Shown here: piece by piece, positions 39,468-52,604 of the stretch
Layout of the letters: each line of letters opens with the position of its first letter
How positions within the stretch are numbered: position 1 is the stretch's first letter
Assembly (NCBI RefSeq): GCF_001194135.2
Contig: NC_068989.1
Coordinates: forward strand, 40,733,199 to 40,797,198
DNA: 64,000 bases
Reading direction: 5' to 3'
Origin: Octopus bimaculoides
Taxonomy: Eukaryota
Notes under the pieces: model-generated
The model's input: the letters and a program-made list of their open reading frames with translations, nothing else
Database searches by the model: none
What the model was told of the DNA's origin: nothing
Position numbers and translations under genes: made by a program

Positions 39468-40300
39468 NNNNNNNNNNNNNNNNNNNNNNNNNNNNNNNNN
39501 NNNNNNNNNNNNNNNNNNNNNNNNNNNNNNNNNNNNNNNNNNNNNNNNNNNNNNNNNNNNNNNNNNNNNNNNNNNNNNNNNNNNNNNNNNNNNNNNNNNN
39601 NNNNNNNNNNNNNNNNNNNNNNNNNNNNNNNNNNNNNNNNNNNNNNNNNNNNNNNNNNNNNNNNNNNNNNNNNNNNNNNNNNNNNNNNNNNNNNNNNNNN
39701 NNNNNNNNNNNNNNNNNNNNNNNNNNNNNNNNNNNNNNNNNNNNNNNNNNNNNNNNNNNNNNNNNNNNNNNNNNNNNNNNNNNNNNNNNNNNNNNNNNNN
39801 NNNNNNNNNNNNNNNNNNNNNNNNNNNNNNNNNNNNNNNNNNNNNNNNNNNNNNNNNNNNNNNNNNNNNNNNNNNNNNNNNNNNNNNNNNNNNNNNNNNN
39901 NNNNNNNNNNNNNNNNNNNNNNNNNNNNNNNNNNNNNNNNNNNNNNNNNNNNNNNNNNNNNNNNNNNNNNNNNNNNNNNNNNNNNNNNNNNNNNNNNNNN
40001 NNNNNNNNNNNNNNNNNNNNNNNNNNNNNNNNNNNNNNNNNNNNNNNNNNNNNNNNNNNNNNNNNNNNNNNNNNNNNNNNNNNNNNNNNNNNNNNNNNNN
40101 NNNNNNNNNNNNNNNNNNNNNNNNNNNNNNNNNNNNNNNNNNNNNNNNNNNNNNNNNNNNNNNNNNNNNNNNNNNNNNNNNNNNNNNNNNNNNNNNNNNN
40201 NNNNNNNNNNNNNNNNNNNNNNNNNNNNNNNNNNNNNNNNNNNNNNNNNNNNNNNNNNNNNNNNNNNNNNNNNNNNNNNNNNNNNNNNNNNNNNNNNNNN
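39468..40300. other. Largest assembly gap (others: 6348-6510, 9597-9610, 15846-15945, 17594-17664, 28239-28248, 31092-31317, 48397-48474)
   Basis: Runs of N, nearly all bordered by microsatellites. Confidence 0.98.
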
Positions 40301-40339
<39 letters not shown>

Positions 40340-40342
<3 letters not shown>

Positions 40343-40505
40343 GATGGGCTTCTTTCAGTTTCTGTCTACCAAATCCATTCACAAGTCTTTCGTCGGCCGG
40401 AGTCGATAGTAGAAAACACTTACCGAAGGTCCCACGCATTGGGACTGAACCCGGAACTTTGTGGTTTGGAAACAAGCTTTTTATCACACAGCTACGCTGC
40501 GCTTA
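40340..40505 (-). mobile_element. SINE B head and CORE (antisense) next to a (TA)n/N-gap
   Basis: (at)n acgatgggcttctttcagtttc...gggactgaacccggaac... Confidence 0.7.
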
Positions 40506-40719
40506 TGTATATATAAATATATCTATGTATATATACATATGTATATATATATGTGTATATATATGTGCATATATACGTGTCTGTGTGTATATATATGTGT
40601 GTGTATGTATGTTTATGTCTATAAATATATATATATATAGATATATATGTGTGTGTATGTATATGTATATATGCATGCGTATATATGTATATATGTGTGT
40701 ATCTACATACATACATACA

Positions 40720-41800
40720 CCCGACAGTTGGATGGATGACCAAATGAGGTTTATTTCTCAACATAGTTGCCGTTGCTTTCCACACGCTTCTTCCATCGGT
40801 GTTACTCTGCTCTGATCTCATTGCTTTGAACGTGTTGATTCTGTTGGTCAAAAAATTCATTTATAGCCGCTATGATGTCATCAACACATCGATACTTTTT
40901 CCCATGCAAGTGTTCTTTCATGTTAAGAAAACAGGTAAAAGTAATATGGGATCAAATAAGAAGAATAGAGATGGTGATCGATCATTTCAAAGTCACAGCC
41001 ACGCACCGCGACCGTTGGAATTTGCGCTGAAGGTATTGTCTTAATGAAACAAGACACTTGATCTTTTTCGGCCTGTTGTACCTCCCTTAGTTATCATAGT
41101 ACAGTCTATCGATGACGCGGCCCTTTTGAAGATAGTCAATAACCACAATACCCTTTGCATCCCAAAAAGCTGACGTCATCTTCTTCCCTGCTGAGGAAAC
41201 AATCTTGGCAGGTGAGAAAGGGTGTTTCTACTTCGTAGGGTGTTTCCACTTCGTAGGGTGTTTCTACTTCGAAGGGTGTTTCTACTTCGTAGGTTGTCTC
41301 TTTATCTCTCTCTCAGTGATGAATCTAACACACATTTTAGTTGCCAAATGCTCAAGGAAACCGCTTGCCTGTACCTCAATGTTAAATTTGACTGCGATGT
41401 AATCAGCCTAGTGCGCTTTTGATGAGGTGTCAGAAGACGTGGCACCCACCAAGCAGACAGCTTCGTCATACTAAGTTCATTTTGCATAATATTCCGAACT
41501 GTTCCACAGGATATGCTAATAGAATTAGCTATTTATTTTACAGTCAATCGTCTGTCATCAATCACCATGTGGTGCATACTATCAGTGTCTTCCTCGGTGG
41601 TGATAGTTACCCTCCAAAAATCAACTGCCGAATTTTCAGTTGTAGATAAAGCTGGAGCGTCATCTAATATAGTAACTATTTCAGTATGAATGTCCTTGGT
41701 GAGGCTAAACACTTTTTCTTGATTACATCATGATGCCAAATTTTGGCGATTTTCAAGAGAAGTCGCGACTAGTTACTTCTGAAGTTTTTTAAAAGTCAAG
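40720..41800 (-). mobile_element. Near full-length decayed mariner transposon
   Basis: DDRRLTVK, ELSMTKLSAWWVPRLLTPHQKRTR, SAGKKMTSAFWDAKGIVVIDYLQKG, MKEHLHGK, RWKKRVESNGNYVEK*. Confidence 0.88.
41220..41291. repeat. 18-bp tandem repeat (gggtgtttctacttcgta) x4 within the mariner ORF
   Basis: Read directly. Confidence 0.9.
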
Positions 41801-42189
41801 CCAGTGTGGCACAGCAGGTGTATTAAGCTAGTATAATCCCAAGCTTAAAAAACAATGATGACTTAATCTATCACATTGTGAATTTTCGTATACAGTGTAG
41901 AATTTGTTTTTATTTATAGCAGCTTCTTCGTCCCTTATATATTGAGTAGTACTCTGACGTAGGCAATGAATAAAGGTTGCAGGAGTCCTGCAACTCATAT
42001 GAGGAAGCTATTGTCTGACTGAAGATACTAAATCACCAAGCATGGGTTTAAAAATTGCAGCATTTTGATGTCGTTTACTTTCCAAGCTTGTGGCGTGAAG
42101 TATTAACAATAAAAAGTATTAATTAATTAAAAATGAGGAGGTAAAAGTATGCATGAATGCCTCCGAAAAACGGTCAAACAAAAGTATTT

Positions 42190-42360
42190 CATCAAATTTT
42201 CTCTGTAGGTTATTGACGTCTGTGTTACAAAGTAACACTAGGAAGTTTGGACAAAAATTTTACCACCAAACGAGTGGTTGCACCATGGCAATTAATTTCG
42301 CTAATGTCTTCATGACGAAATTCGAAACATAGCTACTGAAGACATTCAACGATATTAATA
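42190..42360 (+). mobile_element. Second Penelope-like RT remnant (different lineage)
   Basis: LCRLLTSVLQSNTRKFGQKFYHQTSGCTMAINFANVFMTKFE resembles L..VL..N.F.F....Y.Q..G.AMG....P..ANIFM..FE. Confidence 0.6.
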
Positions 42361-42744
42361 AAGTATTAATATGAAAAAGCTTTTTATTTTCAACTTTTCC
42401 AAAGAATTTAATAAAACTAAATCATTTTGTACGATTTCGAAAACAAAGAAAAATCTTATACTTGACTACCACGTTTCAGCTGGTAATTATATTTCAGTGA
42501 TTATTATTTCAAACTATTTATGTGCGACGAAATGTCCGGGTAGACGTGACAGTTGAATACAACTGATGAGTTTCTCATTTTGAGATTCGTAATTACTTCA
42601 GATATCAGGCGACATGCGAATGATAAATTGCATACATTGACTCAGGGGTACTCTCAAGACTATGACAATTCAATATGTACAACAAAAGGATTTTATTAAC
42701 ATTATCTCAAGTTTTAGAAAGTAGGTTTCAATATTTGATGCTTC

Positions 42745-42990
42745 TATTGGTTTGTCCGGAAAGTTCGTGCCGATTTTTAAAGGAAAGAAAAAGGTCAATA
42801 AATACTTGCCATTACATTTTTAATCAAGCAAATATGAACCATTTGGTTGCACAATGGGTCTCCATCTTTCCTTTAACTTGAAAATACCCTCATCCCAAAA
42901 TTGAGGTGCTTTCATGGTAAATAAGTCGAAAGGTACGAACTTTCGACTTATTTGCCATAAGTCGGCATGAACTTTGCGGACAATCCAATA
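42745..42990. mobile_element. Mariner-derived MITE with TA target duplication
   Basis: TA|ttggtttgtccggaaagttcgtgccgattt ... aagtcggcatgaactttgcggacaatccaa|TA; about 242 bp between the TAs. Confidence 0.85.
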
Positions 42991-43199
42991 TTATTACAGT
43001 TCTAATATTGCTTTTGTTCTTTTATTAATTGCATTTTTCCTCAATCGTGGTTTTCATTATTATTCTTGTTCTCTTATTTGTATGCTTGACCTGTTTTATT
43101 TAATATTCTTCAGTTTTTCTTGCAATTATGTTTTTGATTATTTCTATTTAATTATTTTATGTTTGCTATCGGTAATTCATCAATTCTCAAGACTTGTGT

Positions 43200-43720
43200 C
43201 ATGTTGTTGGTCTTACAATTATTATTGATTGTGAGAGAGCAGCACACGCCATTAAAGTGACGCTGGGGGTACAAATATACTGAGTCCAATACAGCCATCA
43301 TAACTGCCCATCTGATAAGGAAACAACAGACACATGCACCACAACCATACACGTGTGACATGGTGACCTCATATCAAGACAAATAGCGCAAGACCTTGCA
43401 AGTGAGATCCAGTTACAATTTTCTTCGGGTTGAGTAGACCACTCCGCTCAAAAAGTCCCTGAATATGGGTTGTTTAAGGATGATGAACAAAGTACCTATG
43501 TTGTTAGGTGTGAATCATTAGGCCCCAAAGAATCCTTCTGAACATATGGCTACGATGGTTCCTCTCTAATCCTGCTCATCATCAGAGATGCACATGTCGT
43601 CAGCCACTAAAGGAGATACTCAAGAATTTATGGTCAAGCACTTGACATGCAAGTCTCTGGTATTGAGCAAAATATTTGATGTAGTCCGTTGTTTACACAG
43701 AAACAAATCTTGTACATATG
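43200..43720 (-). mobile_element. SINE-like family D copy (inverted relative at ~61735-61880)
   Basis: atcagagatgcacatgtcgtcagccactaaagga...ggtcaagca matches the reverse complement of tgcttgacc...cccttagtggttgacaatatgtgcatctctgat. Confidence 0.5.
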
Positions 43721-43731
43721 CCAATAGTAGA

Positions 43732-43734
<3 letters not shown>

Positions 43735-43765
<31 letters not shown>

Positions 43766-44000
43766 TGTTTTCTTTAAGGCAGCGAGCTGGTAGAATCGGC
43801 AGCACGCCGGACAAAATGCTTAGAGGCATTTCGTCCGTCTTTACGTTCTCAGTTGAAATTCTACCAAGTTCGACCTTGCGCTTCATCCTTTCCGGGTTGA
43901 TAAAATAAGTACCAGTTGAATATTGAGGGGGGGGGTCAATGTAATCGACTATCCTCCTTCCTAAATTTCAAGCCTTGTGTCTAAAGTAGAAAGGATTATC
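43735..44000 (+). mobile_element. SINE A preceded by (ATT)n
   Basis: aaggcagcgagctggtagaatcggc...agtagaaaggattat. Confidence 0.8.
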
Positions 44001-44509
44001 CATCATCATCTCACGTGTTTTAATCTTGTTATCGTTAATAGAGTGTTAGTAAAGTTCTCTGAGTTGTCTTCATGTTGGCATTTTATTAGTGATGATGACG
44101 ACGACGATGATTATGATAATAATGATGATCTATCTTATTATAAGTCTGAGTACAATTCAATGAATTCTTTTAAATATATATTACTGTTATCTATTTTATC
44201 AGAGCCCGACCCATGAATGTAAAGGCATTTCGACACAAAAAGAAGACATAAAGAACGATCACTTTAATGACGCTATATTAATACTGATGCTCTGGTGATT
44301 AATGATGACAATTGTGATGGTGGTGGGGGTCGTGGCGGTCGTAGCGGTCGTGGTGGTCGTGGTAGTGGTGATTATAATGATGGTGGTAAAGGGGGAGACG
44401 TTAATTCCTGATATATTGATTGATAATGATGATATAACAAGGTTGGTGGTGATGATGATCCTTATCGTTCCTTTATCTTTTTACGCGTCCCTGTCATTAG
44501 ACTTAGGCC

Positions 44510-44740
44510 ATGGTGGGGCACCGCCTTGAATATTTAGTCGAAAGGGCACACCCCGGTACAATTTTTTAAAGCCTGGTACTTACTGTGTCGGTTCTTTTGT
44601 CAAGCTGCTAGATAACAGAGATGTAAACACACCAACACCGGTTGTCAGGTAGTGCTGGGGGACGGAGGCAAAGACACACACACACATAATATACTTGTAC
44701 TTGGTAAGCTAGCTTCTTAACACACAGCCACGTCTACGTC
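44510..44740 (-). mobile_element. SINE B fragment (antisense)
   Basis: ggccatggtggggcaccgcc...gtaaacacaccaacaccggttgtcagg. Confidence 0.6.
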
Positions 44741-45804
44741 TGATGGTCACGCATTTTTCATAATCCTTTTTTTTTTTTAATTATTTAGATTCCTTTGACC
44801 CTCATCGAAGAGACCTGTTGCTAAAGGCAATCCAAACTTGCCTATTCCTTCTATTTGCAAGACAGTGTTTCTAGGATGATATTGTCAACGGTCTCCCTTC
44901 TTTTTAATATGCTAATATGTAGTTTGGAGATGCATGGCTTTTATTTCTAACAGGTGGAATGACGAAGTAGAGGAAACGTCTTCATATATTTTTTTTTTCC
45001 TTTTTGTATAAAATCATGAAAGTAATGTGACATACATAACAGTTCAGATTCTGAAGAAAACCTGATTATTTTGACGTCACTTTTCCAATTTTGAATTCTA
45101 CATTTGAAAATGAATATCGATAAACTATATTGGAACTGTTATGACGACATTCACGAAGGCATAAAACGATTTTACCACCGCCACCAACTCTACTACAGCT
45201 TAATGAATGCCTCTACGTATGACACTGGGATTTTAATGTTGTGTTTAATGTTGTATTTTCATTGCAAATATTGCTGTTCAAAATATTCTTGGTAAACGGA
45301 AAATATTGAATAAACTTCTGGATTCCATTTCTTTCTTATTCCTGTATTTTAAATCGATAATGCTTCAAAATAAACTAAGTTCTACAAAATGGACTAGACA
45401 TTTTTCTTTTCACCACATAACTTTTCTACAGTTCCAATTAATGAAAGTGATGTCACCTATTTAACTCTTCTTTATTATGTGAATAACGTTGAGAAGGATT
45501 TAGATTTTTAAACATCTTTTCTTTCTTCTTAGTTCTATATATTTATTCTGCGATATAATAGCTAAATAATCAGGCAGAAGATACACTTACGAACATAAGC
45601 AAGAATAAGGAAGAAACATATGAGAGAAACATCCCGTAATTACTGAAAGAATAAGATTAGAAACTAATTCTTTTTTTTTTTTTTTTTCAATATATTTAGT
45701 TTTTAGTGTATTTTTTTATGTTGTATGCATTGCAAATACTTTCACTCACTTATATGATAGTATTTCATTGCCGTAATGCAAATGTTATCTTCTACTTCCT
45801 GTAG

Positions 45805-45955
45805 CGGTTCCAGTAATACAATCAGTGAGGAAGTGGAATCCAAAAGAATCTGTCTCAACCCTTCCGGTTCAGTGCATACATCCATAAGCCGTTCATGTCA
45901 CCAACGTCCCCGCCGCAATTTTCACACAGTAGAAACGTTAAAAGCAAGAAGACAA
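45805..45955 (+). CDS. GPCR exon C (ICL3)
   Basis: cttcctgtag| C (completes TGC) GSSNTISEEVESKRICLNPSGSVHTSISRSCHQRPRRNFHTVETLKARRQ |gtcagt; 151 bp, phase 2 to 0, exactly bridging exons B and D; basic LKARRQ-V is typical before TM6. Confidence 0.85.
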
Positions 45956-47787
45956 GTCAGTATTCAATATCATTTCTTTTATTACCTCTCATCTTTATTT
46001 ATTTTTTTCTTTTCATTGAACAAGTAAATGAAAATAAACCACAGGAATAAAACATCTACAGCATATATGGTAAATTGGGGAATTCCTGACTTCTCTGGAT
46101 TTAAAAAAAAAGAGATGAGTGCCTTAGATATTGGCTTTGATATGCTTCAAGAAAAGTGGCAGGATAACACATTCCAGGTTGCCCTCGTATTTATCTAATT
46201 GTCCATTGTTTCCATTTAATCATTATCTTCCAATGCGAAACAGATAAACTATCGCCTCTTTTAAACACTAAGGTCCCTACAGATTTATGGTTCTCCCAGA
46301 CTAGAAAATCCGCAAAGTAATTTAATTTGCTGTGCCACTATCGTTTCTAGAAAGGGTCAATTTTTCTCCCAAGTGCGTTCGCATAGTTCCGTGTTCCTCT
46401 TAAAATTATTCCCATCGATACCTGTTACTCTAGCCGCATTATCAATTTGACATTAGGGTTACTCATAATTCCTGCTCGATGAAATGAGAAGTTGTGATGT
46501 TTGTGCTTTTTCTGCCGGCATTATCAGTAAACGTGTAAAAAGATAACTTCATACCAAGTTTGAAAATCCATTGGGCTTCGGATTATCGGTAAATTACTTT
46601 ATTATTTACACCATTTCTTTTCGTTTTACATTTCAATCTCTTTCCACTAGATACTAAAATACTCTTCTTTAGCTGCATATTTTGTTGGTTGACCAGACGT
46701 TAGTCTATTACACACAATTTCTTTTATCTACGTTGCTGTGATTTGTTGTCAGATGAAGGAGAGCTGAAATTACACCACCCACATTTGTGATACATCCCTC
46801 TATGTGTCTTGTGTCGGAATTTTCTCGTCGGTTGCAGCATGTGCTGGTGTGTTTCCCTCTGATGTCCACTTCATCATATTGGTGTAATTCAACGATCTGT
46901 TATGTCACTCAGCTACTTCTTATTGTACCTAACTATGTGCATTAACTATTCATCATAAATAATACTCAACCCAACTCATATAACCCTACTCACCACTTCC
47001 CCTTAATCTTCTGCCCACAGATGATATGCAACAGTAAGCTACAAACTTCACACCAAATTTGAACTGATTCCATAAATAGACACCTCGAAATGGAGATGTA
47101 ACTCTTTTATCTCATTAAATTCTTCAATAGTACAAACACACAATCCCTGTGTGCATATTTAATATACTTTCTTTTTTTTGGACTACTCACAGTTAAATTG
47201 CTCAAAGTCGCCACATACATCTTACCTTACAACCTCTGATAACATCTGGCAATATCACATTCGCAACACAATAAACAGTGTGATGCTCGGTCACACACGC
47301 ACGCACGCACGCACGCACAAAGAGGGCCATCCTAGAACACGTTTAAAATAAATCTACCGATTAGCTGAAACACCCAAGGTAGCATATTTCAACTCTGTTT
47401 TAGAAATATGTTTATTTTATGCTGTTATTATATTTTGTATCGCTACTACAACGGCTTATGCTCTCAAGGCAAACTAGCCTTATAATGTTTCCATTCCTAC
47501 CTTCAGCATACTCTAGCCTTCTCCTATCCACTCCTTACTTTGCTTCATAATAGATTTAAGTTCTACCTGCCAATCATTGGTTTATTTTGGATATCGACCT
47601 ATCCAGGCAAGATCGTTTATGTATCTTCGGGTTCCTCAAACAAGACAATTCAGAGATAAGTAACAGTAGCTACAGAAATAATACTAACCAACTAACTAAC
47701 CAACCAACCAAATATCAATCGAATAATGACTTCATTGAAATACCCTTCCTCTTCAATCAAATAATTTGTTTATTATTTCTATTTCAG

Positions 47788-47907
47788 GTGATGAAAATGT
47801 TAATTACAATTGTCATAGGATTTCTCATCTGCTGGGGACCACGGTTGATTCTACGCGTTGTCCAACAGAGCCAGTATCTTCATTTTGAACATGCACCTTT
47901 AATGAAG
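47788..47907 (+). CDS. GPCR exon D (TM6, ECL3)
   Basis: tttcag| VMKMLITIVIGFLICWGPRLILRVVQQSQYLHFEHAPLMK |gtagat; 120 bp; CWxP motif. Confidence 0.92.
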
Positions 47908-48474
47908 GTAGATGCACTTTTTGTGTTGTTTTACTTTTTGTTTCGTCTCAGATATCCGGTAAGCAGACGTGAAGCACTTTCAATGCTTAGTTACATCTAT
48001 CGACACTGTAAATAGTTGTGTTGATAGGACACCGGAAAAATAGTCAAGATGTAGCCGGTTGGGTATTCGTTACTTGTACAGAAAAATTGCAAATGGCTGC
48101 GTTGATAGGAAAACCGACAAATAGTCAAGAGGCAGGATGGTACGACTTTCTCCATCTGTCGACAGTGGATAAGTTTTCTAGGTCGGTTTTAAAAATATGC
48201 ATAGAGTCTCCAAGCAATCCACGGGCTCTGAGCACATGATCTATACAAGTTACGAATCACGACAATAAAACAAGAGAAATCACAAGAAAAAGACGAGAGG
48301 AAGATAGCTGCAGATAGTGGAAGAGTGAAAGAAACTGGAGTCCTTTTTGTTGAGCTTACCCTGATGGAATGGTTATATATATATATATATATATATNNNN
48401 NNNNNNNNNNNNNNNNNNNNNNNNNNNNNNNNNNNNNNNNNNNNNNNNNNNNNNNNNNNNNNNNNNNNNNNNNN

Positions 48475-48518
<44 letters not shown>

Positions 48519-48899
48519 AATGGAGCAATATTTAACGATGAAAAGTGGTCACTGGTGTTTAAAAGTCATTGTCTAATTGTATTTGGGAACATTTACAGCT
48601 ATTTCTGTTTATCAAATCAGAGTAAATTTACATTTACCTCGTTACGTTTAATAAACATCTTCAGAATGATTAGAGGGGGAAAAACGCAAAGAAAACGACA
48701 AAGAAAAAAGTTCGTTAAATCTTCCGGCTTACCTCTAACTTATATCTTGCTTATATATATATATACATATACATATACCACTGCAACTATGATTGTCGTA
48801 TTTTTTTAATCATTTATTGTGATGAACAGGCACTTTGCTCTTGATAAAAATGCATACATCACATGAACAGGGATTAATCTTCTCTCTTCGTTCCTTTGC

Positions 48900-49263
48900 A
48901 CTATATGGGCTCAGCTCGCTTCCTCTCATCATCTGACACCAACTCCACACAGATTCCGACACACCTCCCATATTCAACTTCCCCTCCACCAACACACCTG
49001 CATACCATCCACTTCGGTACGCTCACCACATACACAACACTATACATACACCCATACACACTGTTCAACTCATTACTCACTTCACAGAGCATTATACACA
49101 CGCCTGAAAACACCTTCCCACTCCACACACACTAACAGGAAACGCTTCTCAGCACACATACCATTATACGGGCAGACCCACACACTGTTTAACTCAGTAC
49201 ACACACCACACATCATCATGCACACTCACAAACCCACACAAGCACGTAATACTTGAAAACCAA

Positions 49264-49322
<59 letters not shown>

Positions 49323-49660
49323 AACGCAGCGCTCATAGTCACTTAACTTTCGCTCAGAAACATACATTATACACATGCACACTATTTGGTCACAGACACA
49401 CACACGTGCTCACACCACCGGAACAAGCGGGAATCAACTGCTACACCCAACACACGCACACACGTTAGCCTCACATCTATACACATGACCATACGCACAC
49501 TCACAATATACACACCTCCATACACCCGCGCACAATATACACACCTCCATACACCCGCGCACACTCACTCGCCTACACATACAAACTCACACTCTCGCCA
49601 TCATACACACACACATACATACTCACACACACCATTCTCACATACACACACGCGCTTGCG
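48900..49660. repeat. C/A-rich degenerate low-complexity tract
   Basis: G-poor cacac-rich sequence with a local ~29-bp duplication (cacaatatacacacctccatacacccgcg x2). Confidence 0.8.
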
Positions 49661-49690
49661 CACCATAGTTCTTTGTGGGTCACCGTTATC

Positions 49691-49729
<39 letters not shown>

Positions 49730-49977
49730 TCCTTTTAAGTCAACCTCTTTTTCCGGTCATCTTGTCATGTTGGACCGTTGAACCCGGCGCATTTTTTCCC
49801 TCGCCATTTTTTCATTTGCTCTCAGTTTTTTTTTTTTCCTTTTTCTTATTAGTCTTTTCTGTCGAAGAGCGTAGGCTCGAAAAGTAAAAGACTTACATTT
49901 TTCCCGAGCTTTGAACTAATACACTTGCTTGATATTTCGACACCTGTCTTCGTCTTTTGTTTTCTGTAAATTTGAAC

Positions 49978-50040
49978 GATAGATAGATAGATAGATAGAT
50001 AGATAGGTAGGTAGGTAGGTAGGTAGGTAGGTAGGTAGGT
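49978..50040. repeat. (GATA)n(GGTA)n compound tetranucleotide microsatellite
   Basis: Read directly. Confidence 0.95.
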
Positions 50041-52219
50041 CTTTCTTTCTCATCAGAATATTAAAGGGCCTGGAATCATAGATGATCAGGAACAACATGA
50101 CAACGGATGCACAGGTGATGTTAATATGACATAGTGAACCAATAAATGTTAAATACACCTATAGTAAGGAAAATATCTCCAATAGAGAGGGAAGACAAGA
50201 ATTTAAACTAGAATTCCATAAAAATATCATGCAACGGAAAACAGAACCTTACCAGTCCTGAGAGATTTCTGATAACTCAGAAGACATGTAGACATCTATT
50301 GACTAAGCTTTGAGAAGCGTAACCAAGAGAGATAATACATAGGGATTCTTGAATATATGAAAACCAATTAAGTGGGTGCTTATATGCTTATTCACAGAGT
50401 GATTTGAGCTTGAGTTGCTGTGTTCCCTATTTCATGTGTTTAAAGTTAACTGCTTATCACCTAACAAGAAATTTTACTTCGGAACACGAACAGCCACTCT
50501 GAGTTTTCTAAACTTTATGTGTTTATACTTCTTTATTAGAGATTTATAAGTCTTAATGAAATAATCCTGTAAAATATTAATTTATCCAACTCATAACATT
50601 TTACTCCCGTATGAAAACTTAATAAAAGAGAAATTTCAATTTGGGACAGTCATTTGAATTTGAAACTTTCGATTCCCTATTAAAATTCAAATTCGTTTCA
50701 TTCTCCAAATTCCAAAATCTGACACACTAGTATATGTAATGCATTATCATAATTTATCAAGCATAGCAACAGTGCCCAACAGCACTTTTTGCAAAGCAGA
50801 CATCTAACATATATTTTGAACTGTATTCTCACAGTTATTTAAAAAAATGTCTTGAAACATAAAACTAACTGAGGTACTAAAGAAGTCGAACCCTTGTGAG
50901 ATTAAGTATTATTTTCGTTTGTTCACATTAAGTAACTAGCTTTAATACACCGAATGGACAGATCAATTAAACCGCTTTCTTTTAACTATACGATTTGTTC
51001 ATAAAATATAATTATTCTCTGAACGCTGCCTAATGCATAAGTATAAACGTAAAGATTATCTAAATAAATTTAAATGTCACAGATGTTGATAACAGGTAGC
51101 ATGCAACACCTTTTAGAAGTTACATTCCACGAGTCTAATCTGCTGAAAATTTATATGATTCTGACTTTATCTGTGTGAATGGTTTCCATAAAAAATAGCC
51201 AAGATCTTTGAAATATTTAGTTTCATTTTTCTACGAAACTTAACTTCGATTTACTTCTTTCAGTGTCGATAAAATGTGTTGCCGTAATATACAATTGTCT
51301 TATAAGATAAGGCCCTGCTTTACACACACACACACATACAAATACACTCACGTCCTATGGTATTATTGTTGCTGCGATGTATTGTGGACATATTATGTAT
51401 TCCACTCCGTAAGCGGATGCTATACTGGTATAACATGCAACTCTAGACTCAGAAGAACGGTAACATTGACGAAAGTTACGTTGGTTTGTAGACTAAAATA
51501 GAACCAAAGAGAATGACGCTTGATGTTCTTAACCCACCACTTTACCTAAATATTTCATATCAGTAGCAATAGTGTGTGACCAATCAGGTTTCATGGGATG
51601 GCTTAATTTTGATATGGAGCACTTCTCTACATATTCTAAGAAACCAAATTACCTATAATACAGTATAGTGTATCTAAACGCAAGTGATATCAGCACGGTG
51701 AGATTTTGATACGGTTTCCTATTCTCGGATGATACCATTTCAATGTTCTAATGATTGATTTAAACGTCATATTATTTATCGCATTACATTACGGTTGCAG
51801 CCGATTGTATATTATATTTGTATTTATGTGCACACTCGATGCACGCACACATACGCACATACATACGTACATACATACATACATACATGCACACATGCAT
51901 ACATCCATGCATACATACTGAAGAGAGAGAGTTAAGTTTTTGGCAACTAATGGAGGTTATGTGCCTCCACCTTAAAACCTTCTGTTTCATCTCTATTTCG
52001 TATGTGGATGTTGGTGAATGGAAGCCTGGCGTGTATGTATATCATGGAGAATCACCTTGCCACTCACGCCTCTAGCCAACCTCTTTCTAGTCAATTTAGC
52101 ATGCAATGGACGTGTAATTGAGACACGTTTGTTCTTTTCAATCTCTCGTTTTGTCTCTTACTTTTTCCGTAGAAGGACGTATCTATTACCTCGTCTTCAT
52201 GTCTTTATATATTTTTGTA

Positions 52220-52257
<38 letters not shown>

Positions 52258-52423
52258 CTATCTATCTATCTCTATATATATATATCTATCTATCTATATA
52301 TATATATATATCTATATCTATCTATATATATATATATATATCTATATCTATCTATATATATATATATATATCTATATCTATCTATATATATATATATATA
52401 TCTATATCTATCTATATATATAT

Positions 52424-52475
<52 letters not shown>

Positions 52476-52480
52476 ATATA
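52220..52480. repeat. (CA)n, (TATC)n and (TA)n microsatellite with a ~26-bp higher-order unit
   Basis: tatatatatatatatctatatctatc repeated about 4 times. Confidence 0.9.
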
Positions 52481-52604
52481 TAAAAGAGGCAGAAAGAGAT
52501 GTCACATTCTTTTCATGTCTTTTGTTTGTGTGATCAAAAACTAAACTTTGATTTTCATTCTGTTGTATTCCGTATTTTATTTTATCTCCAATTTCCTTCT
52601 GCAG

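Noticed and set aside
39252-40815. ORFs of 362-451 aa, the longest in the track
   Set aside because: Open only because they run through an 833-bp N-gap; the same applies at 6.3, 17.6, 31.0 and 48.3 kb.
44270-44530. Val-rich hydrophobic ORF 44302-44529
   Set aside because: Translation of (GGT/GTG/GAT)n low-complexity DNA.
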